Assembly (NCBI GenBank): GCA_027021705.1
Contig: JALUTT010000170.1
Location: 2,429 to 66,428 of the forward strand
DNA from: Anaerolineae bacterium
GTDB taxonomy: Bacteria; Chloroflexota; Anaerolineae; S140-20
Length of the DNA stretch: 64,000 bases
Direction: 5' to 3'
Part shown: piece by piece, positions 9,901-17,716 of the stretch
How positions within the stretch are numbered: the first letter of the stretch is position 1
How the letters are laid out: every line of letters starts with the position of its first letter
The notes under the pieces: model-generated
What the model saw: the letters and a program-made list of their open reading frames with translations, nothing else
The model's database searches: none
What the model was told of the DNA's origin: nothing
Translations under genes and position numbers: made by a program

Positions 9901-11010
9901 CCCCAGGCCGCTATGGACTTCCCCCAAGCACTGGCCCGTCGGGGTGGATTTTGGCTGGCCAACACCGGCTATGGCTACGGGATGGACGACGACATCGCCC
10001 TCTCTGAGCGGCTAATGTTCTACTTCGCTCAGGAGCTGGGGCGGAGCCAGAAGGTCCCGGTGGGGCTGGCCTTCAGCCGAGCCAAACGGCGCTACCTGGG
10101 CAGCCTGCCCGCCGGTGGGTTCGGGGTCTACGACGAGAAGATCCTCAGCGAAGCCACCCTCTATGGCCTGCCGATGGTCGAGGTCAGCGTGCCCACCCCG
10201 CTGACGCCGGAGACGCGGGACATCTCTTACACCCTCTCCGGACCCCAGTTCGCGGGAGGCCTCTGGATGGTCACCGCCACCATCCGGCCCACGCTGACCC
10301 TGCACACGGTCTCGGGAACGGATCGGTCGGGCTACTTCTTCAGCATCGCCGGGAACACCCAGGGGAACCCCGGACGTCCGCTCCAGCCCCGGGCCACGGT
10401 GCTCATCACCGGCCCAGTAGGTGCGCTTCCCCACGGCACGTTGCTGCTGGCCGGTCGGTACACGGAGATCACCGGTTTCGATCCCTACATCTCCCGCCCG
10501 GTGACCGATGTAGCACTGCCCGAACCCGGCTTTGCCGGACAGGGCTGGTTCCCCGATCAGCCCTTCCTGGTCAACCGCTTTGGTGGCCTAGACCGGCTGG
10601 TCGTCGTGCCGGGTCAGTACAACGGGCGCACCAGCATGGAACGGATTTACACGGAGATGACCCTGGGAGTCTACTACTCGTACTCCAGCGACTTCACGCC
10701 GCCGGCCATCGTCCGGGTGGAGGCCCGTCAGTTCCAGAGCCAGGCGAGCTTCGCCGTCTTCCCGCGCGACGCCAGCGGCATCCACCGGGTGCTCGTCACC
10801 TGGAGCGATGGCAGTGGCTGGCGGAGCTTTGACCTGAACCCTTCGCCCCTGGGCGGCTGGCGGGGCTCCCTGAGCGGTCTCAGCGGCGAGGTCACCTTCT
10901 TTGTCCAGGTGGTGGACAGGGCGGGCAACGTCACCGTCAGCAGCAACAAGGGGGCCTTCTTCGAGCCGGAGAGGAACCGGATCTTTCTGCCGTTGGTGAT
11001 GAAGCAGTAG
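6907..11010 (+). CDS. large secreted multidomain protein: N-terminal signal/TM, beta-rich region, PPC (pre-peptidase C-terminal) domain, C-terminal caspase-fold (C25/gingipain-like) cysteine peptidase domain
   Basis: 1367 aa. ATG overlaps the stop of the cyclase gene (ATGA). Hydrophobic N-terminus. PPC-like motif YEPNDTF...DVDWYAVEI...YDLALF. Putative His/Cys dyad region INAHFEHW...SWSMGCHAG. Contains the 5x GVMRAI tandem repeat. Confidence 0.55.
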   Translation: MKAKVVVQWSLLLIVGIGVTVLLLVGMQATQAASLNSEGEGPTVPSRQAVTSGRSQVQSTGGLGGYFVRPAGNALSCFAPFVTQGGDWETDLIIYNGMDVRLSFTVTLYDENGSPLHSLGDVLSGLSSVVYPLETFSATLGVPFTGTARVEGDQSLMCVVRLRRADFTPGDTLMLYQGSPQPPSSVALLAPFLNKGQDGWHSRLIVMNTDAITTADVVVDFLDSGGSSVAQEFLSVPPLGARILDLDSLPSLPVGFQGVAFVSSMQSLVTVVVNERDTGEAEAHGGSDFLYAWAPLLGLVKDDGGAYSEYFLYNGISRTLLVTTTFLNAATGNRDQVLTQTLAPSATLPQSLNAVTGLPAGWKGTGLFSSSFSDFFLLTGLRYEPTGLAAGYGAAPSSWGSDFYPAAVPALVRMPDTASEIILWNSASAANPVTVTFYDLGGMTVHEITTTLAPNGSLSLDLRTMAELGSFFEGSATIQPAYDLYVLVLERYIPSDVFQDAYEPNDTFTTAYTISLGTDYYALIGHSEDVDWYAVEITRPSALSVTLDELPADYDLALFADLRTDPPATDANTLGDLQDSVDVDATGVMRAIGVMRAIGVMRAIGVMRAIGVMRAIGAGPETTPEQVSTLVYEPGLYYILVINNNGEWSGKPYHLRAQAVPLSQTPGCTWVPTYTLTAPMTPITGTYVPISGPLTLILVNKTRLDQTYGVTATAPLSQALKQLADHPSVRGLVIPVEQDSWVSTVYSDWNFNYCSVQKANAVGRAIREQIISPTLAAYPSIRYLVLVGGDEQIPFYRVPDEAKIANEREYRDAAKVKVGALYAALDQGFFLTDNFYAVRPGYELGWRGRRLWVPNLDLSVGRLVETPQEIQAVINAYLASPVISATTALATGYDFLNDSAQAISSTFGSMGLATQALVGDTWTRSDLVQAWPERSGGVPDLASINAHFEHWRSQPADYLSGLFYASDIATASNPFSGTLSWSMGCHAGLNVPDSNSTLPQAAMDFPQALARRGGFWLANTGYGYGMDDDIALSERLMFYFAQELGRSQKVPVGLAFSRAKRRYLGSLPAGGFGVYDEKILSEATLYGLPMVEVSVPTPLTPETRDISYTLSGPQFAGGLWMVTATIRPTLTLHTVSGTDRSGYFFSIAGNTQGNPGRPLQPRATVLITGPVGALPHGTLLLAGRYTEITGFDPYISRPVTDVALPEPGFAGQGWFPDQPFLVNRFGGLDRLVVVPGQYNGRTSMERIYTEMTLGVYYSYSSDFTPPAIVRVEARQFQSQASFAVFPRDASGIHRVLVTWSDGSGWRSFDLNPSPLGGWRGSLSGLSGEVTFFVQVVDRAGNVTVSSNKGAFFEPERNRIFLPLVMKQ
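8665..8754 (+). repeat. perfect in-frame tandem repeat, 18 bp x5 (encodes GVMRAI x5) inside the PPC-like domain
   Basis: ggcgtgatgcgggccatc repeated five times with only synonymous g/a and c/t changes. Confidence 0.9.
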
Positions 11011-11028
11011 GCCGGAATTGATGGGGGT

Positions 11029-11412
11029 GTGATGATCTGGTGGATCGCCTACAATGGGAGCCGGGGGGAGGTGCTGGTCCCTCGGGTGCGGCGCTGTGCC
11101 AGCTTCCTATGTCGGCTGCGGGGCCTCACCTTCCGCCGGCGACTCCCCTCGGACGAAGGACTCTTGCTGGTGGGGCGGCGGACCGGTCGCTGGGAGACGA
11201 GCATCCATATGTTCTTCGTCTTCTTTCCCATCGCCGTCCTCTGGCTGGATGCCGAGGGGCGGGTGGTGGACAAGCGACTGGCCCGGCCCTTCCGCCCCAT
11301 CTACCTGCCCCGGACGCCGGCCCGCGACGTGCTGGAAGCTTCCCCCGATGTGCTCGACCGCGTTGCACAGGGGGACCGGATTCAATTCGTTCGGCAGGAG
11401 GCAATGCGATGA
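11029..11412 (+). CDS. DUF192 family protein
   Basis: 127 aa. The IHMFFVFFPIAVLWLD core resembles the conserved DUF192/COG1430 motif. Confidence 0.55.
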   Translation: MMIWWIAYNGSRGEVLVPRVRRCASFLCRLRGLTFRRRLPSDEGLLLVGRRTGRWETSIHMFFVFFPIAVLWLDAEGRVVDKRLARPFRPIYLPRTPARDVLEASPDVLDRVAQGDRIQFVRQEAMR

Positions 11413-11786
11413 GTACCCATCAGGTCACGATACCACCCGACCTCGTGGAGCAAATCCGTGAGTTTGTACAAGAGAAGCGGATAAGCGTTGAAGAGTTCGT
11501 GAGCCAGGCTATCCAGGAGCAATTGGAGAGGTTGGCCGATCAGAAGTTGGCAGCGGAAGGGAGGGCATTCGTCGCTATGCATCAGCAGTTGGTCAAACAG
11601 TACCTGGGCCAGTTTGTGGCCATCCACAATGGTCAGGTCGTGGATGCTGACGCCGACTTTGCGGCTTTGCTATTGCGAGTACAAGATCGCTTCGGGAGAG
11701 TACCCGTGCTTATCCGTCAAGTAGGTGCAGCTTCTGTGGTGGAACTGCGTGCCCCCAGTCCTCGCCTGGAGTGGAAGAAGCAATGA
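11409..11786 (+). CDS. small hypothetical protein, N-terminal ribbon-helix-helix-like segment
   Basis: About 125 aa. ATG at 11409 overlaps the DUF192 stop (ATGA). The long ORF 11040-11786 is probably over-extended upstream. Translationally coupled to the downstream protease gene. Confidence 0.45.
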   Translation: MSTHQVTIPPDLVEQIREFVQEKRISVEEFVSQAIQEQLERLADQKLAAEGRAFVAMHQQLVKQYLGQFVAIHNGQVVDADADFAALLLRVQDRFGRVPVLIRQVGAASVVELRAPSPRLEWKKQ

Positions 11787-12169
11787 ACCGCTATCCCTAC
11801 AGCACTGAGTACGTCCCAGCAGCACCTGTGGTGCAAATCCACCTGGGAGCCCCAGGAGAATCCACTATCTTGGGTCCTCTCGAGGCTTTTGTGGATACCG
11901 GCGCTGATGCTACCCTCATCCCGGTGGAATACCTACGGCAAGTTGAAGCCAGAAAAGTCGACTGGGCCGTTTTACGTAGCCAGTGGGGGGAACGCCGTCC
12001 GGTGCCTCTCTACGCTGTAGCAATGCAGATCAACCATCACTACTTTGCTGCTATATGGGTGGTAGGCGATGAGTACAGCGAGGAAGTCGTGCTGGGGCGC
12101 AATGTGTTGAATCAGATCCGCTTACTCCTGGATGGTCCTGCGATGACGCTAGAATTGCTTGAGGGTTGA
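11771..12169 (+). CDS. retropepsin-like aspartic protease (clan AA)
   Basis: VDTGADATLIP catalytic D-T/S-G-A motif. About 130 aa, single-lobe size. The alternative ATG at 11783 overlaps the upstream stop (ATGA). Confidence 0.6.
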   Translation: MEEAMNRYPYSTEYVPAAPVVQIHLGAPGESTILGPLEAFVDTGADATLIPVEYLRQVEARKVDWAVLRSQWGERRPVPLYAVAMQINHHYFAAIWVVGDEYSEEVVLGRNVLNQIRLLLDGPAMTLELLEG

Positions 12170-13676
12170 TGTGAGCTCCAAGGTCCAAAGGCAAAAGGGA
12201 GACTCCCAACAGAAGCCAGGGCGTGGTTCCCGCATCCTCGGAGCCGGGCTCGCCCTACTGCTGGCGACGGCCCTCTTCCTGGCCTCGTCGGTCCTGGCCG
12301 TGGCAGCAGCGGAGTCCTCAGGCATGAGCAACGGGGAGGCCATCACCCTGGCCCTGACCCCCACGCCTACCCCTCAAAGGCCGATCACCTACGTGGTTCG
12401 GCCAGGCGACACGCTCTTCTCCATCGCCCAACGCTATAGCACGACGGTCGAGGCCATCGTCCAGGCCAACGGGCTGACCGACCCCAACCTTTTGGCGGTC
12501 GGTCAAGAACTGGTGATCCCCGCGCCGACAGGGCCGCTCCCGGCCCGGACCACCTGGACCGTCGGGCCGGGGGAGACGCTGGCGGGGATCGCCCGGCGCT
12601 ACGGAATCGCCGTCCAGGAGATCGCCCGGCGAAGCGGGCTGGTCAACCCCGCCCAGCTCTACGTCGGTCAGTCGCTGGCGATCAGCGACGCGGAGATAGA
12701 GCCGCGCCCCGGCGGCCTCTACGTCGTCCGACCCGGGGAGACGCTCCTCTCCATCGCCCTGCGCCACCGCCTCTCTCCCTGGCTGCTGGTCCAGGTCAAC
12801 GGGCTGCCGGGGCTCGAGCCGCTGCTGGCCGGCCAGCCCCTCTACATCCCCGGCCAGGAACCGGTCACGCCCACCCTGCCTTTCCCCTTCCTCACCGCCG
12901 ACCTCAAGCCGGTGCCGGCCGTGCAAGGAGAGACGGTCCGGCTGGCCGTGCGCACGGAGCAGCCGGTGACGCTGACGGGCCGCCTGGGCGACACACCCCT
13001 GACGTTCGCCCGGGAAGGGGACGCCTACTACGCGCTGGCGGGCATCTACGCGATGGCGTCGCCGGGGCTCTACCCCCTGGTGCTCACGGCAACGACGCCC
13101 TTGGGAGAGAAGGGCTGGCTAGAGACGAGGGTGCTGGTGACGGCCGGCGACTACGCCCGGGAGCAGATCATCCTGCCGCCGGACCGCGCTGCCCTCCTGG
13201 ACCCAGAGGTGATCCGGGCGGAGCGGGAGCGGATGCGGGCGCTGGGGGCGATCTTCACGCCCCAACGGTACTGGCAGGGCCGCTTTCAGAAGCCGGTGGA
13301 CAACCCCATCACCTCTCGCTTCGGCACCCGACGCTCCTACAACGGGGGGCCGTACACCAGCTTCCACGGTGGGACCGACTTCTACGGGCTGACGGGGGAT
13401 CCGGTGCGGGCACCGGCGGCGGGGGTTGTCGTCCTGGCCGAGCCGCTCCAGGTGCGGGGGAATGCCATCGTCCTGGACCACGGCTGGGGGGTCTACACGG
13501 GCTACTGGCACCTCTCGGTCATCAGCGTGACGGTGGGGCAGCGGGTGGAGCCGGGGCAGGTGATCGGGGCCATCGGCTCCACGGGGCTCTCCACCGGATC
13601 GCACCTGCACTGGGAGATGTGGGTGAACAACGTAGCCGTCAACGCCCTCCAGTGGACGGAGGAGCCCTTCCCTTAA
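12159..13676 (+). CDS. LysM-repeat peptidoglycan-binding protein with C-terminal M23 metallopeptidase domain
   Basis: Four LysM-like repeats (YVVRPGDTLFSIAQRY..., VGPGETLAGIARRYG..., etc.). C-terminal HxxxD ... HLHWE M23 motifs. Confidence 0.8.
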   Translation: MRVDVSSKVQRQKGDSQQKPGRGSRILGAGLALLLATALFLASSVLAVAAAESSGMSNGEAITLALTPTPTPQRPITYVVRPGDTLFSIAQRYSTTVEAIVQANGLTDPNLLAVGQELVIPAPTGPLPARTTWTVGPGETLAGIARRYGIAVQEIARRSGLVNPAQLYVGQSLAISDAEIEPRPGGLYVVRPGETLLSIALRHRLSPWLLVQVNGLPGLEPLLAGQPLYIPGQEPVTPTLPFPFLTADLKPVPAVQGETVRLAVRTEQPVTLTGRLGDTPLTFAREGDAYYALAGIYAMASPGLYPLVLTATTPLGEKGWLETRVLVTAGDYAREQIILPPDRAALLDPEVIRAERERMRALGAIFTPQRYWQGRFQKPVDNPITSRFGTRRSYNGGPYTSFHGGTDFYGLTGDPVRAPAAGVVVLAEPLQVRGNAIVLDHGWGVYTGYWHLSVISVTVGQRVEPGQVIGAIGSTGLSTGSHLHWEMWVNNVAVNALQWTEEPFP

Positions 13677-14458
13677 GCGCGGAACCCGATGACCGCACCG
13701 AAGCGGCCTGTCCTCCCCCGTTCGGCCCGGTGGGAGTACCACTCCTCGGTGTGGCAGGCAGTGCAGAGGCCGGCCACCTCGATCTCCTCCACGCCACCGG
13801 CCCGCAACTGCCCGACGATGGCGCTCCAAAGGTCTAAGTGGACTCGCCCGCTGGGCTGCTCTCGGAGCACCGGCGGGCCGCTCAGCCCCAAACGGCGCAC
13901 CGGCTCGATGACGTCGGGGCCGACCTCGTAGCAACAGGGGCCGATGGCCGGGCCGACGCCGGCCCACAGGTCCGCCGGCCGCGTGCCGAAGGCCGTGGCC
14001 ATCCGAGCCAGGGCGGCGGGAGCTGCGCCGGCGACCAACCCCCGCCAGCCTACGTGCACCAACCCCACCGCCCGGCGCTCCCGGTCGTAGAGGAGCAGCG
14101 GAGCACAGTCGGCGAAGCGGAGCATCAGGAGCACGCCGGGCCGGTCGGTCACCAACCCGTCCGTTGCCCGCTGCACCGTTCCCCGATCTCCCTCCCCGAC
14201 CACCTGCACGTGGTTGCCGTGCACCTGGTGGGCCGTGGCAACGGCTTCCCGGGGCCAGCCCACCGCCGCCAGCGCCCGCTGGTGGTTGATCCGCACCGCT
14301 TCCAGGTCATCCCCCACCGTATGGCCCAGATTCAGCGTGGCAAAAGGGGAACGGCTCACCCCGCCCAGCCGGGTGAAGACGGCGTGGCTGAGGCCCGGCT
14401 CATCGGCCAGCCCTTCAAAACGGTAGTAGACCAGTCCGTTGCGGCTCACGCGGATCAT
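13673..14458 (-). CDS. pgeF: peptidoglycan editing factor PgeF / YfiH (laccase-domain, purine nucleoside phosphorylase-like)
   Basis: 261 aa. Conserved HQVHGN, CAPLLLYD and HVGWRG motifs of the YfiH/DUF152 family. Confidence 0.8.
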   Translation of the reverse strand: MIRVSRNGLVYYRFEGLADEPGLSHAVFTRLGGVSRSPFATLNLGHTVGDDLEAVRINHQRALAAVGWPREAVATAHQVHGNHVQVVGEGDRGTVQRATDGLVTDRPGVLLMLRFADCAPLLLYDRERRAVGLVHVGWRGLVAGAAPAALARMATAFGTRPADLWAGVGPAIGPCCYEVGPDVIEPVRRLGLSGPPVLREQPSGRVHLDLWSAIVGQLRAGGVEEIEVAGLCTACHTEEWYSHRAERGRTGRFGAVIGFRA

Positions 14459-14494
14459 CGTCTTCTCGGTTCCCTTTGTCCTTGGGGAGAGCGG

Positions 14495-15355
14495 TTAGAG
14501 GACAGGCGCATCGTCGTCGGCGGGTTCGATCAGGTTGTGTTCTCTCAGGATCTGGAGCACCTGATCCCGCGTGGAAGGGGGGGGACGGTGGGGGTGCGGG
14601 GGGGAGTCGGACGTTTCAGGACCCCAACCGTAGCGGGCCTCCAGCGTCCGCCGGATGTCGGCCATCCCTTCCTCGAAGTTGGGATAGGCCAGCCAGGCCA
14701 AGCTCAGGCCGAAGAGGGCACCGGTGATGACGCGCAGGTACCAGGTGCTCTCCCGAACGGGGAGGAAGGGGAGGAGGTAGCTCAGCATCTGGCTGCCCCC
14801 ATCGGCGGCGATGGGGAGAATGCCGATGAGGAAGAAAAGGCGGAGGGAGGGGGGGGCGATCCGTCGGCGATGGCGCAGCAGGGCGAAGAGGAGCCCACCT
14901 AGGAAGAGGGCTCCGTAGATGGCCACGTCCCGCTGGCACAGAGCCACCTTGTAGCCCATAGTCGCGTTGCCCACAAAACGCCGGGCTTCCAGCCAGTCGG
15001 CTGTTCCAACCAGGGCGGCGAATTCGTCTCGGGGGTAGACGACCTGTTGCCCGAAGAGGAACCAGGAGCGGAAGGCGAGTTGGTGGCAGAAGGGGGAGTA
15101 GACAGTGTAGAGGAGACGGGCCGGTCCGCTCCAACCCAGCTTCATCAAGAGGGGGGCTAGGAAGGGCAACCCTACGTAGAGCAGGGCCAGGCTGTTGGCC
15201 AGGGCCAGCCAGTGCCGGGCCAGGCCGTAGATCAACCGTTGTAACGCCAGGACCAGGCGGTATTGGCGATTGGAGAGGGACTTTTCACGTCCCTCCCGCT
15301 GCTGGGGCTGGAGAGAGGGAGCGAGCTTATCCGTCCCCTCGGCCTTGGGTCTCAC
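14495..15355 (-). CDS. DUF2085-like integral membrane protein
   Basis: Multiple TM helices. An FCHQLAFRSW motif resembles the CHQxPxRSF signature of DUF2085. Proline-rich cytoplasmic tail. Confidence 0.4.
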   Translation of the reverse strand: MRPKAEGTDKLAPSLQPQQREGREKSLSNRQYRLVLALQRLIYGLARHWLALANSLALLYVGLPFLAPLLMKLGWSGPARLLYTVYSPFCHQLAFRSWFLFGQQVVYPRDEFAALVGTADWLEARRFVGNATMGYKVALCQRDVAIYGALFLGGLLFALLRHRRRIAPPSLRLFFLIGILPIAADGGSQMLSYLLPFLPVRESTWYLRVITGALFGLSLAWLAYPNFEEGMADIRRTLEARYGWGPETSDSPPHPHRPPPSTRDQVLQILREHNLIEPADDDAPVL

Positions 15356-16941
15356 GCTTCGTCCTCGTCGCTTCCCGGTTCCTCAGCTTCCCGCCGAACC
15401 CGCTCCAGCATGCTCTGCCAGCTTTCGACATCCATGTGTCCATCTTGCACGATAGCCACACCCTTGTCCCGAGCCAGTCGGAGGACGTCGTCGGGCCAGT
15501 CCCGTCCGGCTGCTACCGGGAGAGCCAGGAGCCCCGTCTTGCGCAACACGGCTGCCCGCTCCAAGGCACGTGCTACGTCGGGTTCCTCAACCCGCCACGA
15601 AGCCTCCACGACCAGCACCACCGGTTCCCCTGTTGCCCGGAGTCTCCCACCCCATAGCAGGTCGCTGGCCAGGGCATGGAGATACTCTTCTTCGGAGATG
15701 CGACCGCTGTCCAACGCTTCTTGGAGGCGATCGGCCACGTCATTGGTGACATCTGTGCCGCGTCGCACCCAACGTCCGAAGATGCCGGCGGCACGTTGGC
15801 GGTAAAAGACCTCTCGGGCATCTCCCTTCAGGTCCCTTACATCCTTCTTGAGGATCTTGATCTCCTCCCAGATGCGCTTACGATCCTCGGCAGCTTCGGC
15901 GAAGCCCCGCCGACGCTCCTCGGCAGCTTCGGCGAAGCCCCGGGCCATCTCCTCCCGGATTCGCTTGCGGTCTTCGGCAGCCTCGGCGAAGCCCCGCCGA
16001 CGCTCCTCGGCAGCCTCGGCGAAGCCCCGGGTCATCTCCTCCCGGATTCGCTTGCGGTCTTCGGCAGCCTCGGCGAAGCCTCGGGCCATCTCCTCCCGGA
16101 TCCGCTTGCGGTCTTCGGCAGCCTCGGCGAAGCCTCGGGCCATCTCCTCCCGGATCCGCTTGCGGTCTTCGGCAGCCTCGGCGAAGCCTCGGGCCATCTC
16201 CTCCCGGATCCGCTTGCGGTCTTCGGCAGCCTCGGCGAAGCGCCGCTCCATCTCCTCCCGGATCCGCTTGCGGTCTTCGGCAGCCTCGGCGAAGCGCCGC
16301 TCCATCTCCTCCCAGATCCGCTTGCGCTCCTCAGCGGCCTCGGCGAAGCCCCGCCGACGTTCCTCGGCAGCCTCGGCGAAGCGCCGCTCCATCTCCTCCC
16401 AGATTCGCTTGCGCTCCTCAGCGGCCTCGGCGAACTGCCGGGCCATCTCTTCCCAGATCCGCTTGCGCTCCTCAGCGGCCTCGGCGAAGCCCCGCCGACG
16501 TTCCTCGGCAGCCTCGGTGAAGCGCCGCTCCATCTCCTCCCAGATTCGCTTGCGCTCCTCAGCGGCCTCGGCGAACTGCCGGGCCATCTCTTCCCAGATC
16601 CGCTTGCGCTCCTCGGCAGCTTCGGCGAAGCCCCGCCGGCGCTCTTCAGCGGCTTCGGCGAAGCCTTGCTCCACCCGCTTCGCAAGCCGTTCTAACGCCT
16701 CCTCGGTCTGCCGCTGAGCCTCGGCCAGGGCCTCAAGCGCACGGGGCAGGTTGAGAAAGACCTCCGGGAATAATGCTCGCAGGAGTCGCGCCCGCAGGTC
16801 GGGATTGGCCTCCAGAAGCTGTATCAGGTCATCGAAATCGCTTATGAAGAAGCTCATCTCCTTCAACGGTGTCTTTGCCAAGGGGATCTCCTTGGAAAGG
16901 CGAGGGCGGTGGTCAACGTGAGTATGGAAAGTATACCACAA
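15352..16941 (-). CDS. tandem-repeat coiled-coil protein (unknown function), with a non-repetitive C-terminal globular domain
   Basis: About 15 copies of FAEAAEE(R/D)(K/R)RI(W/R)EEM(A/E)R(Q/R/G) and related 11-aa units. True start probably at MSFFISDFDD (about 16857). Confidence 0.5.
   Translation of the reverse strand: MWYTFHTHVDHRPRLSKEIPLAKTPLKEMSFFISDFDDLIQLLEANPDLRARLLRALFPEVFLNLPRALEALAEAQRQTEEALERLAKRVEQGFAEAAEERRRGFAEAAEERKRIWEEMARQFAEAAEERKRIWEEMERRFTEAAEERRRGFAEAAEERKRIWEEMARQFAEAAEERKRIWEEMERRFAEAAEERRRGFAEAAEERKRIWEEMERRFAEAAEDRKRIREEMERRFAEAAEDRKRIREEMARGFAEAAEDRKRIREEMARGFAEAAEDRKRIREEMARGFAEAAEDRKRIREEMTRGFAEAAEERRRGFAEAAEDRKRIREEMARGFAEAAEERRRGFAEAAEDRKRIWEEIKILKKDVRDLKGDAREVFYRQRAAGIFGRWVRRGTDVTNDVADRLQEALDSGRISEEEYLHALASDLLWGGRLRATGEPVVLVVEASWRVEEPDVARALERAAVLRKTGLLALPVAAGRDWPDDVLRLARDKGVAIVQDGHMDVESWQSMLERVRREAEEPGSDEDEA
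15880..16680 (-). repeat. about 800 bp of near-identical 33/54-bp tandem DNA repeats inside the CDS
   Basis: Repeated ...ctcggcagcctcggcgaagccccg... units. They give rise to long shadow ORFs on the opposite strand. Confidence 0.85.
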
Positions 16942-17067
16942 AAATGGGGAAAGAACACATGGGCAACCTCCGCCTTTGGCCTCTTTCGAGGCCGTGGGGA
17001 GATTGCCCGGTTGTCGGGCAAAGGCTGTTCAGGGGAGAAAGGGGACGCTTCCCACCTGACCAGGGCG

Positions 17068-17712
17068 CTACGGCGTCAAGACTTCCGCCAGGTAGTCGTT
17101 GATCTGAGCCGGGGTCATCGCCCCTACGTGGATGGCTCGGATAATGCCCTCCCGATCCACGAAAATGCTGGTGGGCAGCCCCATCGCCTGGTAACGTGAT
17201 GATACCTCACCCTTGCTATCCAGCAGCGGGGTGAAGGTCAGACCGAACTCCTGGACGAAGCTGCGCACACTGCTGGCCGGTTCGGCCACGCTGACGGCCA
17301 GGACGGTGAACCCTTTCTGATGGTTGGCCTCATAGGCATCCTGGATGGCGGGCATCTCCATCCGGCAGGGGGGGCACCAGGTGGCCCAGAAGTTGATCAA
17401 GACGACCTGACCCCGCAGGTCCGACAGGCGGACCGTCTTCCCATCCAGGGAAGGCAGCGCAAAGTCTGGGGCCGGATTTCCCACCTTCACCGATCCTGTC
17501 GAAGGGGCAACCTCGTTCGGGGCCTTTGTTGGGGAGACTTCGGTGGCACTGCTGCTTCCCAGGATCAGGTATACTCCTCCCGTCGCTAGGAAGAAGGCAA
17601 GGGCTCCCAGGACCAGGAGCATCCGACGGGAACCGGCGCGTCCGTTGGGCTGCACGCTTGTCCGCTTCCGGTGCGATGATCGGGTGGCCTTGTGCTGCTT
17701 CGCCTCTCCCAT
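17068..17712 (-). CDS. TlpA/ResA-family thiol:disulfide oxidoreductase (cytochrome c maturation)
   Basis: WATWCPPC thioredoxin active site. N-terminal membrane anchor. Confidence 0.8.
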   Translation of the reverse strand: MGEAKQHKATRSSHRKRTSVQPNGRAGSRRMLLVLGALAFFLATGGVYLILGSSSATEVSPTKAPNEVAPSTGSVKVGNPAPDFALPSLDGKTVRLSDLRGQVVLINFWATWCPPCRMEMPAIQDAYEANHQKGFTVLAVSVAEPASSVRSFVQEFGLTFTPLLDSKGEVSSRYQAMGLPTSIFVDREGIIRAIHVGAMTPAQINDYLAEVLTP

Positions 17713-17716
17713 CTGC

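Noticed and set aside
15880-16680. CRISPR array
   Set aside because: The repeats are contiguous with no unique spacers and are in frame within a CDS. Same reasoning for the 8665-8754 and 33591-33649 arrays.
15676-16717. Two long plus-strand ORFs (339 and 289 aa) inside the tandem-repeat gene
   Set aside because: Created by the repeat periodicity on the opposite strand. Their translations are pure repeats (SLGEAP..., SAASAKPR...) with no start context. The minus-strand frame has a plausible N- and C-terminus.
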